A DNA stretch of 64,000 bases from Octopus sinensis (lineage: Eukaryota). The DNA is taken from assembly GCF_006345805.1 (NCBI RefSeq), contig NC_043005.1, positions 40,362,001 through 40,426,000 of the forward strand. Reading direction: 5' to 3'. The notes beneath the pieces were generated by a model. The model was not told the origin of the DNA. It saw only the letters and a list, made by a program, of their open reading frames with translations, and made no database searches. Below, piece by piece: positions 40,261 to 55,667 of the stretch; position 1 is the first letter of the stretch; each line of letters opens with the position of its first letter. The translations under genes and the position numbers were made by a program.

Positions 40261-41203
40261 ATGCCTTGATGCCTAAGAAGTAAAATGCTCCCTTCTACGC
40301 ACAAGAAGCACCTTTCTATAACTTCTCTAATCTTCCTAATCCAAGCGTCTTTCATATGCATCCTAAATATCTCTCATTAAATTTTACTCTGACTAGCGAT
40401 ATCGAAAACATCCGCTATTGATTTTATGCCAATCTTGTCTCTTTCGAAGGAAAAAATAAATATAAAACATGCATTCACCGCATACTTCAAGATAACGCTT
40501 TGGAACGCAACTCGAGTCCTCTGGGTAACTTCATATGGTCGGTGTCACTACTATCGAGGAGCATTTCTTAGCATAGAAAATATTTATTACAAAAACTGGC
40601 CTTTTTCATGCCCAGAAAATATTTCAGCACCTTCTCTTTCACTCCAATAAGTAGTAACTCTTTGAGGATCCACAGAGGAGTACTTGTACCACTTCTGAGA
40701 CTGTGCTGCTACTATACTCAGACATTCTACACATATTCAGAGAAAAATCAATCAACTGGTACGAAATAACTTACAAACCCGCCCCAAACTCTAATTCATA
40801 GACGTGCCTGTCCACTCCCTGTGCCATCTCTTTTTAACAGTCGTTAACTTGAAATAGTTTAAGCGGAGTGTTAACGTCATCAATCTCACTGATTACCGAG
40901 GGCCTGCAAAGGTTACAGGCACAACATCCTCCTCCAAACTGAACTAATAAAACAAAATACAGATATACAATATGGGTATACATACACATGTATGTGCGTT
41001 TCTACGTTTCCTCTCATTTCCTCGCCTACGCAGATATGTATTTACTCTCTTCTATACATAAGCAGTGACATCAAAACTTTGAGTTTGTCGTCATATAACA
41101 TACCTTCACTTGCATAAAACGTGCCATTAACATCTTCCCATTTATTATCATTATTATTTTCATACGCACACAACAGATTAGACAGTTGGAATATATCTAG
41201 GAT

Positions 41204-41274
<71 letters not shown>

Positions 41275-41440
41275 GGTGTTGTTGTTGTTGTCGTTTCTTT
41301 CACTACATCGCAAATATTCTCTTCCTTCTAGATGCTATCTGAAACGAGAAATACTTCCCTCCTCATTACCGCCTATCAATTTTTAAAAACTTTTTCCTAT
41401 TTACTTTTCAGCTTGTCTTAGTTTTCCAGTGTGTGTGTGC

Positions 41441-41515
<75 letters not shown>

Positions 41516-41913
41516 GTGTCAGCCTGTATATCTCTTTGTCTGAAAGTATGACAGTCTGTTTTTTTCTGTAGCACTCCTGGAGAATTGATAAGTATCTATA
41601 TAACGACTTGGTAGAGGGGTTTGTCATTAAACAGTCATTAATGAGTTCCAGAGACGCACGCAAAATGCGTGTGACGTAAATAGGGTGTTGCGTTTTCGCG
41701 CCCATGATTGTAGGTAATATAGAATAACAGATAAACAATAGATAATGAAATAAATAGAACGAAACAAAGAAACAATCAAAATCTGCATCCATATGTTTGT
41801 AAATAATTAATTTAGGGACTCCATCACACGAAGAAAAGAAATGCTAAGTTTGGAACAATGTATTTAATGTATGAGTAATAGAAAGCTAATTAGAAATAAA
41901 TATACAATAAAAA

Positions 41914-42144
41914 GGCGGCGAGCTGGCAGAACCGTTAGCACGCCGGGCGAAATGCTTAGCCGTATTTCGTCTGCCGTTACGTTCTGAGTTCAAATTCCGC
42001 CGAGGTCGACTTTGCCTTTCATCCTTTCGGGGTCGATAAATTAAGTACCAGTTACGCACTGGGGTCGATGTAATCGACTTAATCTGTTTGTCTGTCCTTG
42101 TTTGTCCCCTCTGTGTTTAGCCCCTGGTGGGCAATAAAGAAATA
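41914..42144 (+). mobile_element. SINE family B, intact young copy with 15-bp TSD
   Basis: GGCGGCGAGCTGGCAGAACCG...GAGTTCAAATTCC; TSD AGAAATAAATATACA at 41892-41906 and 42145-42159. Confidence 0.92.
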
Positions 42145-42779
42145 AGAAATAAATATACAGTGAGGAGAAAAAAAAATTATTAATCGATATCAATTTAATA
42201 AATCGATATTAATTTATTTTCGCAGGAAGTCGAGTAGACAATTCTGCACATGAATTTGTTTTATTCAGACCTTATCAGGGAAATATAGACTTTTCCATAA
42301 ATGCTGTATAGTGATGAATAAATTAATAAGTAATTACACAAGACTATTTTACATGTATATAATTCAGTGACCAAGTAACAAGAGTTCACTATTTTTTATT
42401 CCTTCCTGATCATTATATCATCCATGCATCACTGGACAAGACAAAACAATCTTTTAGAACGGACAAAGATACATATTACAAACTATTATACAATAACATC
42501 AGAAATATATTACAAAAGTCTGACACTAATATATATAATCGCATTAATTGCGTTAAAGCCAAATATATTGCTATGATCCTTAATGAAGGTATACGCTCTA
42601 ATTTGTGTCTTTTCGTCGATAAACATCTATATAGAATAGTTTTCTTTGTGTTTGAGCTCAAAGCTGCTCCGGTATACTTTGTGTAACTTTTCTCTGTTCT
42701 TGTCCGTTGACATGTTTCTCCGTTTCTTCTAAATGTTTATGCATTTTGTACAGAAATATAATACTGGCAAATGAGATAT

Positions 42780-43100
42780 GTTTTGCTGTGTCTTTCCTGC
42801 TGCTGGTGTTTCTATCATCGTTGTCCCTGCCTTATTGCTTCGTGTTGCGGTGGCTGTGGCGATTTTGTTTGTGCTGTTAAAATTTGATGTTAAAATGGAG
42901 GCAGCGTTGGCAAAGCACGCTTCCTGGTTGATAGTAATTGCGAGTTTTGTTTAATATGACATTTTTCCTGGTAATGCCGCTATTGTTGTTGTTGTTGCTA
43001 TAGTCGTTGCTACTGGTGCTGCTGTAGTGATAGTTATTGTTGTTATTATTGCTGTTACTGTTGTTGGTGTTGTTGCTGTTGCTATTGATACTGTTAGTAC
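42780..43100. repeat. Degenerate (GTT/GCT)n low-complexity tract
   Basis: Visible imperfect trinucleotide repeats. Confidence 0.7.
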
Positions 43101-43659
43101 TATTTTAAATTACTACAACTTCAATTGTATCGTGTGGTAAGAAATGACTGCGAAAGGCAGTTTCACTTTCAAACTCTCCTCTCAGCTACCTCTCTTACTG
43201 ACCGCTCGGGAATGGCAAAGCCACTTTGAACATTTTCCTTCTACGCCTTGGAAATGTTTCTTTTAAAATCTTGCTCTGTCAAGTAAATAAAAAAAAAAGC
43301 GATTGATCAGTCCTTTGTGGTCCTGGTCAGCTAAGAAACAAAATAGAAAAATATAATCAACAAAAACAAACTTCTAAAAAAAGAAAACAAATCACAAACT
43401 GATGGAGCTTTCAAAATTCGTTCAGCTTCGACAAGACGGCAACGGAAAAGAAGAAAACAGGAGCAAGAAAGAAACAACTACACAGTCAACAACTGAGCGA
43501 GATTAGAACTCAGAACATAAAAAGCCAGAAATCCTTTAGAGAGATGGCTTAACTTTTCCAGAAGCACGACATCGTTGTTTCTAATATATGCACAAGACCA
43601 GAAATTTTAGAGTAGGGTTTTAGCTGAAACCATGATCCTAGTACTTGAGCAGTGCTTTA

Positions 43660-43780
43660 TTTTATTGACTCTGAACAGATGAAAAGTAAAGTTGATCTCG
43701 GCGGGATATGAACTCAGAATGTAAGGAATCAGAACTGTAAGAGATTTTGATCGACGCTCTAACGATTCTGCCAACCTAGT
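43660..43780 (-). mobile_element. SINE family B fragment
   Basis: GAACTCAGAATG...CTAACGATTCTGCCA. Confidence 0.6.
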
Positions 43781-46623
43781 GCTGTTATATTTTTTTTCTA
43801 ACATAGGTAGATAGCTTCGGATTTGAGGAGAAGAGTTAATCCCCGGTTCTTGATATGGTATTTTTTAAAATCGATTTTGAAAATCTGACATTTATTGTTG
43901 ACCTGCACAGGTTATGAACAGTGAATGTAAAGAGTCGGAATAAAGACTTTTGATTATATTAACAAACTGTTCTCGAATAATACTTTATTTTGCAAAACCT
44001 TAAAGAATGTAAAGCAAAATCGACATTTGTAGGATTTGAACTCAGAAACCATATTATTGCCTTGTTCTGCCAAGTCTGTCACTCGACTAACCTTTTAAAT
44101 AATAGTTCTCATTTAAGCACCTGGTCATCAATTTGAAATAATGTTGTTTCCCTCATATAGTAATTTATGACTTGAACATTGAGTAAAACATAATCTCTCG
44201 TTGAGCTTAAACAGTCATCTGGCTTCGATTTCATGGTTGAAATTAAATAATTTCATTCACCTAATGGTGTTTGAAAAATGTTTGTACGTAGCAACCCATT
44301 CTATTGTTCTAACACTCATAAATCTGTCACTGCATAGGAAATTATATTTGTTGTCTTTTATTTCGTTGTTATTTTTTGTATATCTTACTACTTATCTATA
44401 TTTGTTTATCTATTCATTTGTTGATGTATTAATTCAGTGTACACGAGTATTAAATGATAATGTCGACACTATTATGAATGCCATTATATTACTAATAAGA
44501 GGTGCTCACTAACAAGCACTTAGCACAGACACACAAATAACGTCTATTATTTTGAGAGATTGAAAGTGTCAGCCATTCGAATTAAAGGGTAGACGGACGT
44601 ATTTTCTTTCATATAATTTCTTTAAATGAATGGTAATTATCACTACATTCATCATTATTCACAAAATGCAAAATGTAAGACTTGACTTACAATATTAAGT
44701 TCCGAACTCCAAGCTTCTGAGTTCAAATATTACAGGGATCAATTTTGTCTTTCATTCCACGGACACGATTAACCTTTGTACCAGTAATAAATTGATGCCA
44801 GTTATACTTGAAACAAAAACTACGTACAGTAGTGCAAGCTAACGAAAGCAGCTCAGCACGGTTGCTCAACCGGCTAAAACATAGTTGCTAATTTTTCTTT
44901 AAATCATACCTAGCGTATTAAAAACATAGAAAAGCTGATACACTCTAAAATAATCTGGTAATGCTAGGTGTTCAGCGAAATGAACACCAAATCCACATTT
45001 CTACACTGAGTGACTCAACTGTAACCATGTGTTATCGTCTACAGCAATGATTCTCCATATAAAATTTTGTTGCTAAAGTTTAAATGCAACAAATTACTTA
45101 TGCTCCTAAAATACAAAAATGAAAAAAAAAAATTAAGTATTTTCTTTTACGCAGTTCCTAATATTTATAATAGAAGTACAACGGGAATTAAAAAAAAAAA
45201 AACATCGAGTGGTTATGGAAGTCCAGTTGAGTAAAATAGGAATCAGTGATCCACCGACAAAAAAGGCTGAGAACCACTGGTCTGTAAGATGGTTAAACTT
45301 CAGGTATGATTATAAAACTGAGTTGATTAAATTGTCTTACTGACTGTCGTACGTGATCATTTTTGGTGGCAAAGTTTATAATTCGAAAGGAAGTTTAAGA
45401 AATTATACACGGAAACTGATCTCAGTTCTGTCCGGCTGTCCTCAGTTTCAAGACACTCATTAATATATTCTTGATGGAACTAATATATTTCCCCAAGAAT
45501 AAATTCAACTGCTGTTTTATTTCCAACATTACCCCACCCCACCATTAAAACATCTTTGGTTCCTGGATTAGTTTGAATATAAATCAGCTGGAAAATACTG
45601 CACTCTTCTCAATATTGGCAATCTGGCAGAAAATTTCATTTTCCTTATTCAGGAAAAACCCATAATTAGATCTATGATATAATGATGGTTGCTGCTTCAA
45701 TATATATACTAAACAATCGTGGGTAGACTTCTAAAGTATAACTAAGGTTTCAAATGGATATCTCTGTAGAGTTGAGTTCCTGAAAAAAAAATTATATATC
45801 TTCTGCAGCGATATAGCAGTTGAATGGAGAAATAGATATTTTCCCCATCGCTAAATGTCAGGAACAAATGTTTCATCGTCAACAGAAATTTATTGTCATC
45901 AACAATGTTGAAAGCATTCTCGCTGGCAACTTTGGAAAGTGCATCTACATTATTGGGAGCCATTTTATCTACTGTGTCGGAAGAAGGGACTTCAGATTCA
46001 CTTAAAACTTCTTTGCCAATTTGAGACGGGTTTAAAAAATCCCAATCTATTCTGTTGTACATCATATACATTGTCACGAGGTTAGTATTTGGGTGTTTCG
46101 CTAAAAGCTATTATGGTAGCTGCTGAGTTAGTAAATGAAAATATGTTTTTCAGGCATCTTGAAGACGTAACCAACAACATTTACAGCAATTAACAGATTT
46201 TATTACTGCACATGTTTTCTTTCTTGGTCTTCTACAAATACTAACAGCAATAACTACATACCAGAAGAAACATACTGCTTGGGATTATTTATGAAGTTAA
46301 CTGATATAGCAATCTGTGGCAGGCCTATCAAAAGTGGAGATTATCTCTCAGCCGTGAGAAATGTAATGAAACAGTAGCTGATCCATTAGAAACCCTGTAA
46401 CCAACTTTATGAAAAGGTGGTTGAAAGTTGCGAAAATGGCAAGAGTGGATGGTACCACTGTCAGTGTAGACCTGTGAGTTGGAGGAAAAGGTATTTGTCC
46501 GTGGTATTCTGGGCGATATTGGATGATGGGGTTTCTCGATCATCCCTAGAGGTCTTCCTGTAGCAGGAGGACACCCATCACAACAACAACAACAACAACA
46601 ACATCAACAATAATAATAATAAT

Positions 46624-47172
46624 TGCCCTGATGCAGAACCAGGCATTGGCTTTCATGGCTTCTGATCTTAACTGATTGGAAGTGTTATCGTGTATGTGTT
46701 TTGTCTTGCTATAAAAGATGGGCCACAGCAAAAATTCTGCTCAGTACCACAGATTTGCTTGTCAGTTGTTCAACTTTAATCAGTTGAGCGTATCCTTTGG
46801 TGGCTGACGATATGTGCATCTCTGATCGTGAGCAGAAGTAGTGGGCGAGGATCATAGCCATGTGTTGAGAGGAATTCTTTTGGGATTTGAATAATTCACC
46901 TTTAGAAACATTAGTGTTTCATTCAACATCCTTAAACAACCCTTATTCAGGGACCTTTTGAGCGGGATGGGTTACTCGTCCTGAAGAAAATTCTAACTGG
47001 GCCCCCACCTGCAAGGTTATGCGCTGTTTATCATGATATGAGATCACCCACTATATCATGCACATATATTTGTGATGCATGTGCCTGGTGTATCCTTATC
47101 AGGATGGGTATATTGGACTTCATATATTTGTACGCCAGTGTTATTTTGATGGCATGTACTGCTCTCTCACTC
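46624..47172 (+). mobile_element. Family D non-coding repeat, full-length (549 bp), flanked by trinucleotide arrays
   Basis: TGCCCTGATGCAG...CTGCTCTCTCACTC; colinear with 53344-53898; no TIR, ORF or tRNA head seen. Confidence 0.9.
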
Positions 47173-47186
47173 TATGATACTACTAT

Positions 47187-48940
<1,754 letters not shown>

Positions 48941-48984
48941 AATAATAACAACAACAACAACAACAATAATAGGTGGTATATAAA

Positions 48985-49440
48985 AGATGCCGTAGAGCCA
49001 CTGTTGAAACACACAAAGAAGGCCGACGTCATCTCCTTTGCTGCCCTTCACGTCCAGGACCACCACCCCACCATCCGGATCCAGGAACATAGCCCGTACT
49101 TGAAGGTCTAAGGATTCCGGAGTAGCACTGCTACACCGCCACCTGCTCCCGATAGACCACAAGATGAGAATATCTTGTAGTCCTCGAAAAAGGATCTAGA
49201 GCGTGTTTTCCGGAGATCCTTGTTTCACTATGGCATCTACATCTAAATCAAGCGACCTGAGATCATTGAGCAAGTGGCCTCGATTCCAAGCTGGTCTCAG
49301 ACCACGTACATTTACACATCCCGTTCTCAGCAGTCACGCTAGTTGGAGAAAGAAAAAGAGGAGGTTACTCACCTTCATTTTCGAGAAGCCCAAAAGTCCG
49401 TGCCTCTGTACTAGCGAAAAGTTTTTAAAAGGCCCTTCCA
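48985..49440 (+). mobile_element. Possible LINE ORF1/gag-like remnant
   Basis: GC-richer decayed frame AVEPLLKHTKKADVISFAALH...; family not resolved. Confidence 0.25.
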
Positions 49441-49929
49441 ACAAACTTTAATCAACTGATTTTTTAAAATCCCCACACTCTATGGCAATTTTTCTCTTAT
49501 AGTTTTATAAACGTCTGACGACGTTTTAATTAATAGTCTGTCCTTTGGGATTTTGAGGATGAAATCCTCAAATTTTTGTTCCCTCTGTCTCTATTTTGTT
49601 TTTGTTTTGACTTACAAAATCCATCAATTCACTGTTGCACTTGTTCACAGCAGTGAAATTGATGGATACATTTCATCTACAGTCTGATAAATATTCTTGT
49701 ATTTGAAGTTCCGTAATTACTTGTTTTTGTGCTTCTGTGATATGCTGTTGTTGATGACGTCGCTGTTTTGAAGTTGTTCTTGTTCTTGTTGCTTTTGTTG
49801 GAGTGGTTGTGAATTTTGTTGCAATTGTGGTTTCTGTGTATCTTTTTGTTGAGTCTTTGGAGTAGGGCTGTGTACTCTCCTCTTTCACCTACCCCCTTTT
49901 GTCACAGTGATCCATTGTTCCTTCAGCTC

Positions 49930-52900
49930 TTACTAAGCCCAAATTAGGACACAAATATCTTATGGCAGACCGAATGAAAACAGCAACAATGCAGATGAAA
50001 TAGGTAACATATGCACAAAACCCAGTGTACAAGCAGTACATCTCAACGAGGAAGCTGAAAAAAGAATAGCGAAGAACAAATATGCTGAAAAAGAGAAGGT
50101 AGACCTACATCAAGAACACCAGAATAGGTATGACACAGAATTTGAGATGAATAATAAAGAGATCATAGAAGCAAAAGAAGATATTATCAGAGAATTCAGT
50201 AAGGCTGAGTCTAGTGACAAAGTTCTCAACCAGCATAAAAAAAAACAATAATATAATTATGAAATATGATGTTGCTCTTAGACATATGTTAAGTAATAAG
50301 GGAAATGACGTAACAACCCTATATGACCTCATCTATTCAACTGCTGAAGTTGTAACTGCTCAACTAGGTGTCAGGACGACACACAAAAGGACCAGTTATG
50401 TAAATAGACCTCCTAAGTGGAAAGTAACAATACAAAAATAGATCGAATCTCTGTGGGCGGATGTATATGTTCTCGATGAACTTGCTAGAGGAGTAAATGT
50501 TAAGACGAAAAGAGCTAGAAAAATCAAACAAAAATATAAAATCAGAGATTTTATAAACCTCCTTGCAACCAAGGAAAAATTGAAACAACGAATACAACTG
50601 AAAGCCCAACGGCTTAGAAGGTGTGATAAAAGAATAAAACTTTATCGACAAAATAAGATATTCAAGACGGATGCAAAGAAATTTTATAGGGAAATTTGCA
50701 AAAATAAGATAGAAGTAAAGGAGCCACTAAGACGAAGGTAATGGAAAAGTTCTGGAAGAAGATATGGAGCAACAAAAAAGAATATAATGCTAAAGATGAC
50801 TGGATAGAGCGTAAGAAAGTGAGACTGGATGAAGTTGAAGAGCAGAAATAGAATAGGAATAGAAGAGCTAAGAAGTGTTTTCAGGAAGTCTCACACATGG
50901 AAAACTCCAGGATTGGACCACCCAATTCCTAACTTCTGACTAAATTGTTTGACAGATTTATTCCAAAATTTAGCTGCATCTCTGACTGATGTCACCCAGA
51001 ACCCAGAGCAAATACCTGCCTGGCTGACTGAAGGAAGACACAAAAAATCCGAAGAACTACCAACCAATAACATGTCTCAACACCACCTTCAATATCCTCA
51101 CATCCATATTAACTGACAGAATATACACTTCCCTTGAAAAGAGTTCTATCCTTCCACAAGCTCAAAAAGGCTGTAAAAGGAATCCTTATGAGTGCAAAGA
51201 TCAATTATTCATAAGTAAAATGACTGTAGAGAATTGCCGGAGAAAAAAGAAAAAACCTGAGTATGGTATGGATAGACTACAGCAAAACGTTTGATAGTGT
51301 CCCACATTATTGGATACCCAGGGCCCTTGAAATATATAAGATTTCTCCTGTCATCTCTAAATTCTTACAAGGTAGAATGGCCAGGTGGAACACACGTCTC
51401 CTACTAAACCATAGTAATAGGATGAGCCAAACTAACAACATCAACATTAAACGAGGCATCTTTCAAGGTGACTCCCTCTCTCATTACTCTTTTGCATGGC
51501 ACTGGTCCCATTCTCAAACGAACCAAATAAAACCAGTTATAGGTTCAAAGTTTACAATACGATAATAAACCATCTGTTTTATATGGACGATCTGAAGCTG
51601 TTTGCTAGAAATGACGAAGAGCTAGTAGGGCTGCTAACAACTGTTAAAGAATTCAGCAATGACGTTGGGATGAACTTTGGCCTTGATAAGTGTGCTAAAG
51701 AAGCTTTTTTAAGAGGCAAGCTCAGGCGAGTAGCTTTCATGAAATAAGATACTAACACTACCATCAAGAAGCTTGAACCACAAGAAACTACAAATACCTG
51801 GGGATAAACAAAGGTAATGGTATACAACATGCTACTATGAAGGAAAAAATATAAAAAAAGAATATTACAAGACAATAAGACATACTAAAAACCGAACGCA
51901 ACTCTAAAAATCGCATCCAAGCCATTAATATCCTGGCACTTCCAGTAGCCCAATATAGTTTTAACATCATTAACTGGAATCTTACAGAACTCCAACGCCT
52001 AGACAGGAAGACAAGAAAAATAGTAACTTCTAAGAACATGCACCACCCAAAAGCAGATGTTGATTGTCTGTACTTACCTTGAAGTAATGGGGGAAGAGGA
52101 ACGATGCAGGTAGAACTATGCTATACGACCTCCACAATATCAATGAACAGATACTTATCTAGTAGAGAGAACTGGACGCTGCGACTTGTGTGCAAACACG
52201 AAAGCAGCAAAAAGTCATACTCGATTGTCAAGGAAGCTTGTAAATTCGCAAGGGAACTTGGCATTAACCCTAAAATAGTCGAGAACCTGAAACCACAAAA
52301 TAAGCAAAATGGATCAAGCAGACTACAAAAAAATAACGGGCAGAAACTAACTGAGGAGCGATGGAGTCAGAAGCCTCTGCATGGACAGTATATATTTCAA
52401 AGTCAAAACGCTGATGTAGATCAAGCAACAGCCATCAGTGGCTAAGAAGTTCAGGACTGAAAGCAGAGTGAAGATTTCATATTGGCGGCACAAGACCAAA
52501 GGTTGCTTACAAAAACTATCAGGCTAACGTTCTTCAAAACGGTTCTGACCCCAAATGCAGATTCTGCGGCCCATTTGACGAAACGATAGACCATCTCGTC
52601 TCGAGATGTCCTGTGCTGACACCAAACGAATTAAAAAAATCGCCACGATAAGGTAGGACAGTATTTACATTGGAAATATGTAAACACTACAAAATCAGTA
52701 CTCTTACGTACTGGTACGGACATCATCCTGAGCCAGTCGTTGAACGTAAAATCACTATCCTCTGGGATTTTCCAGTCAGCACTGATAGAACGATCCTTAA
52801 AACAAAAACTGTTCCTGTTATTATAGGTGCCCTTGGTATGATAAAAAAGGGATGTCAGAAACATCTAGATAAGATTCCAGGAGAATAATGTCTCAGAGAA

Positions 52901-53103
52901 ATCTAAAAGATTGTGCTGACAAGTACTGCTCACATCCTTAGAAAAACATTATCCATTTAAATGTCTGTGTTGCATTACATGAAGATATTTCACTACTTCC
53001 TCTCCCCAGTCATATTGTAACATCTCCTATCCTTCACTCGCCCCAGGACATTGGGTGTGTCTCAGCAAGTGACTGTCACAAAAATGTAGATTAAAAGTAA
53101 AAG
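49930..53103 (+). mobile_element. Long R4/Dong-like RLE LINE pseudogene with (ATT)n tail
   Basis: MVWIDYSKTFDSVPH; IKRGIFQGDSLS; INHLFYMDDLKLFA; FGLDKCAK; KPLHGQY; CRFCGPFDETIDHLVSRC; RLE core deleted near 52795; many stops and frameshifts. Confidence 0.95.
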
Positions 53104-53170
53104 TATTATTATCATCATTATTATTATTATTATTATTAATATTATTATTATTATAATTATTATTATTATT

Positions 53171-53220
<50 letters not shown>

Positions 53221-53222
<2 letters not shown>

Positions 53223-53320
53223 CCCTGATGCAGTACCAGACGGGTAGTCATGATGGGTATACTGGGATTCGTATATTTTACCCCAGTGTCACTTTGATGG
53301 CATGCACTGCTCTCTCACTC
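53221..53320 (+). mobile_element. Family D mini-copy (internal deletion)
   Basis: First 19 nt of D joined to its last ~81 nt. Confidence 0.85.
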
Positions 53321-53343
53321 AGTAATAATGATAATAATGGTAA

Positions 53344-53898
53344 TACCTTGATGCAGTACTAGGCACTGGCTCTCATGGCTTCTGATCTTAACTGATTGGA
53401 AGTGTTATCATGTAAATTGTCTTGTCTTGGTATAAAAGATGGGCTACAGCAAATATTCTGCTCAATACCACAGATTTGTTTGTCAGTTGCTTGACCTTAG
53501 CTAGTTGAGCATGTCCCTTAGTGACTGACGATATGTGTATCTTTGATCACGAGTAGAAGTAGTGGGAGAGCATCATAGTCATGTTTTGAGAAGAATTCTT
53601 TGGGATTTAGATAATTCACCTTTGGAAACATGGGTGTTTTGTTCAACATTCTTAAACAACCCTCATTAAGGGACCTTTTTAGCGGTATGGGCTACTCAAC
53701 CTGAAGAAAATTCTAACTGGGCTCCACCTGCAAGGTCATGCGCTGATTAACTTGGTATGAGATTACTATGTCGAGCACATATGGTTGTGATGCATGTGCC
53801 TGGTGTAACCTTATCAGGCAGGTAGTCATGATGGGTATACTGGCCTTCGTATATTTTACCCCAGTGTCACTTTGTTGGTATGCGCTGCTCTCTCACTC
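53344..53898 (+). mobile_element. Family D full-length copy
   Basis: Colinear with 46624-47172. Confidence 0.9.
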
Positions 53899-53925
53899 AA
53901 CAACAACAACAATAACAATGATAAT

Positions 53926-54130
53926 CCTTTCTACTAAAGGCACAAGGACTGAAATTTTGGGGGAAGGGATTAGTCGATTACATCGACCCTAGAATTTCAC
54001 TGGTAATTAATTTATCGGCACCGAAAGGATGAAACGCAAAACCCGGCGGAATTTGAACTCAGAACGGAAAGACGGACGAAATACTGCTCAGCATTTTGTC
54101 TGGCGTGCTAACGATTCTACAGGATCAAGG
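53926..54130 (-). mobile_element. SINE family B between (AAT)-type arrays
   Basis: TCCTTTCTACTAAAGGCACAAG...GCTAACGATTCT. Confidence 0.85.
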
Positions 54131-54131
54131 C

Positions 54132-54206
<75 letters not shown>

Positions 54207-54695
54207 TAATAATAATAACAATAACAAGCACAAAAAGTAATAGGAATAAACGGAATTGAGACACTTTATGGATCAGTAAACAACCCGAAAAACATTTCCA
54301 AGAGATTTCATTTAAATTCCATTGAAAGACATCAGGGAGGTTTTTCATTGGAATTTCAAACATTCTATTTTCTATGTTAGCTGTAAATTCTTATTTTTAT
54401 CCTCGAGGTAGTAATTTTCTTATATACAAACAAGTAATCCCAAGATGTTTCGTGAATGAAGAAAATGAGAATTTGTGACATTCACGCTTTATTTGTAATT
54501 GCTCTAAAGAGGAATGCATTATGCATATGCGCTGCGCATGTGTGAATACATATGTATGTTCTAGTTTATTTTTCCAATTTTTCACCAATTGAGAAAGAGC
54601 CGGCTTCTAACGCAGAAACACAACTCTGTCATTGGAATTTAGATATTATCAATGGGGTATATATGCATTAAATACGCGAGCCCGTATGTATGCAG

Positions 54696-54797
<102 letters not shown>

Positions 54798-54870
54798 GTA
54801 TATGTATATGTATGCATGTATGTATGTATGTATGTATGTATGTATATGTATGTATGTATGTATGTATACA

Positions 54871-55660
54871 CGCAGACATGACAGAAGTAAATAGACACCC
54901 TTACAATCATTAAAATTTATTTAAATCTGAAATTATACATTCAAATTATTTATTAATTGTTATAATGTGAACATCTAATATTTAGTAGACATGCCCGTTG
55001 CATTTTTCAATTCAAGGACCCTATCAGGCATGGTCGGATGACGAATATTCTCTTGTGGAATTTCTTGCCAAGTTTCATGCAGTAATCTCAAAAGATCTAG
55101 CTTTGATGAGGCATTCTTGTTCTTTTTATGAAGTGTCCTGTTCTTTATGTCCCAGAGGTGTTCAATAGAGTTCTTATCTGGTGACTGGCTTGGCCTTTTT
55201 ATGCCTTTCTCATCCAACAAATCTTGGGTCATTCTAGCCGTATGACAAGGAGTCCCATCTTCCATAAATAGTCTTCTTTAATAATTTCACTACTAGAGAA
55301 GATTGGAAGGAGTCCTTTCTGCAATATGGACACATATTTATCTGAGTTTATGTTTTTTCTCACACTCCACCAGCTATGATCAACAATTACTCCACATTGC
55401 TCCTCAGACCACCTGCCGTTTTTCATTGTTGGCTGCAATCTTTTCACATCAAATTCTTAATCACAGTCTCTAGACCCACACTCGACCACTTTCAGGAAAT
55501 ACAGCAACTGTGAACTCATCAGAGAATATGACAGTCTCCCAAAATGCTTGTGGCCTCTCCACCATCTCACTGGCTCAATCTCTTCTATACTTGTTATTGG
55601 CTAGTCGAAAAAGTGGCTTCCTTTTTGCCGCTCTGCTACAGTAGCCATGTTTGTGGAGAT
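54871..55660 (-). mobile_element. Tc1-like (DD34E-type) transposon, 3' part, interrupted by a LINE
   Basis: MEDGTPCHTAR...PSQSPDKNSIEHLWD..LHETWQEIP..MPDRVLELKNATGMSTKY; terminus CGCAGACATGACAGAAG shared with 62431. Confidence 0.9.
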
Positions 55661-55667
55661 AATGAAT

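Noticed and set aside
46780-47030. HDV-like ribozyme in family D (TGACCTT/AAGGTCA with TCCACCT)
   Set aside because: P3 and P1.1 are not satisfied and the motif is internal rather than 5'-terminal
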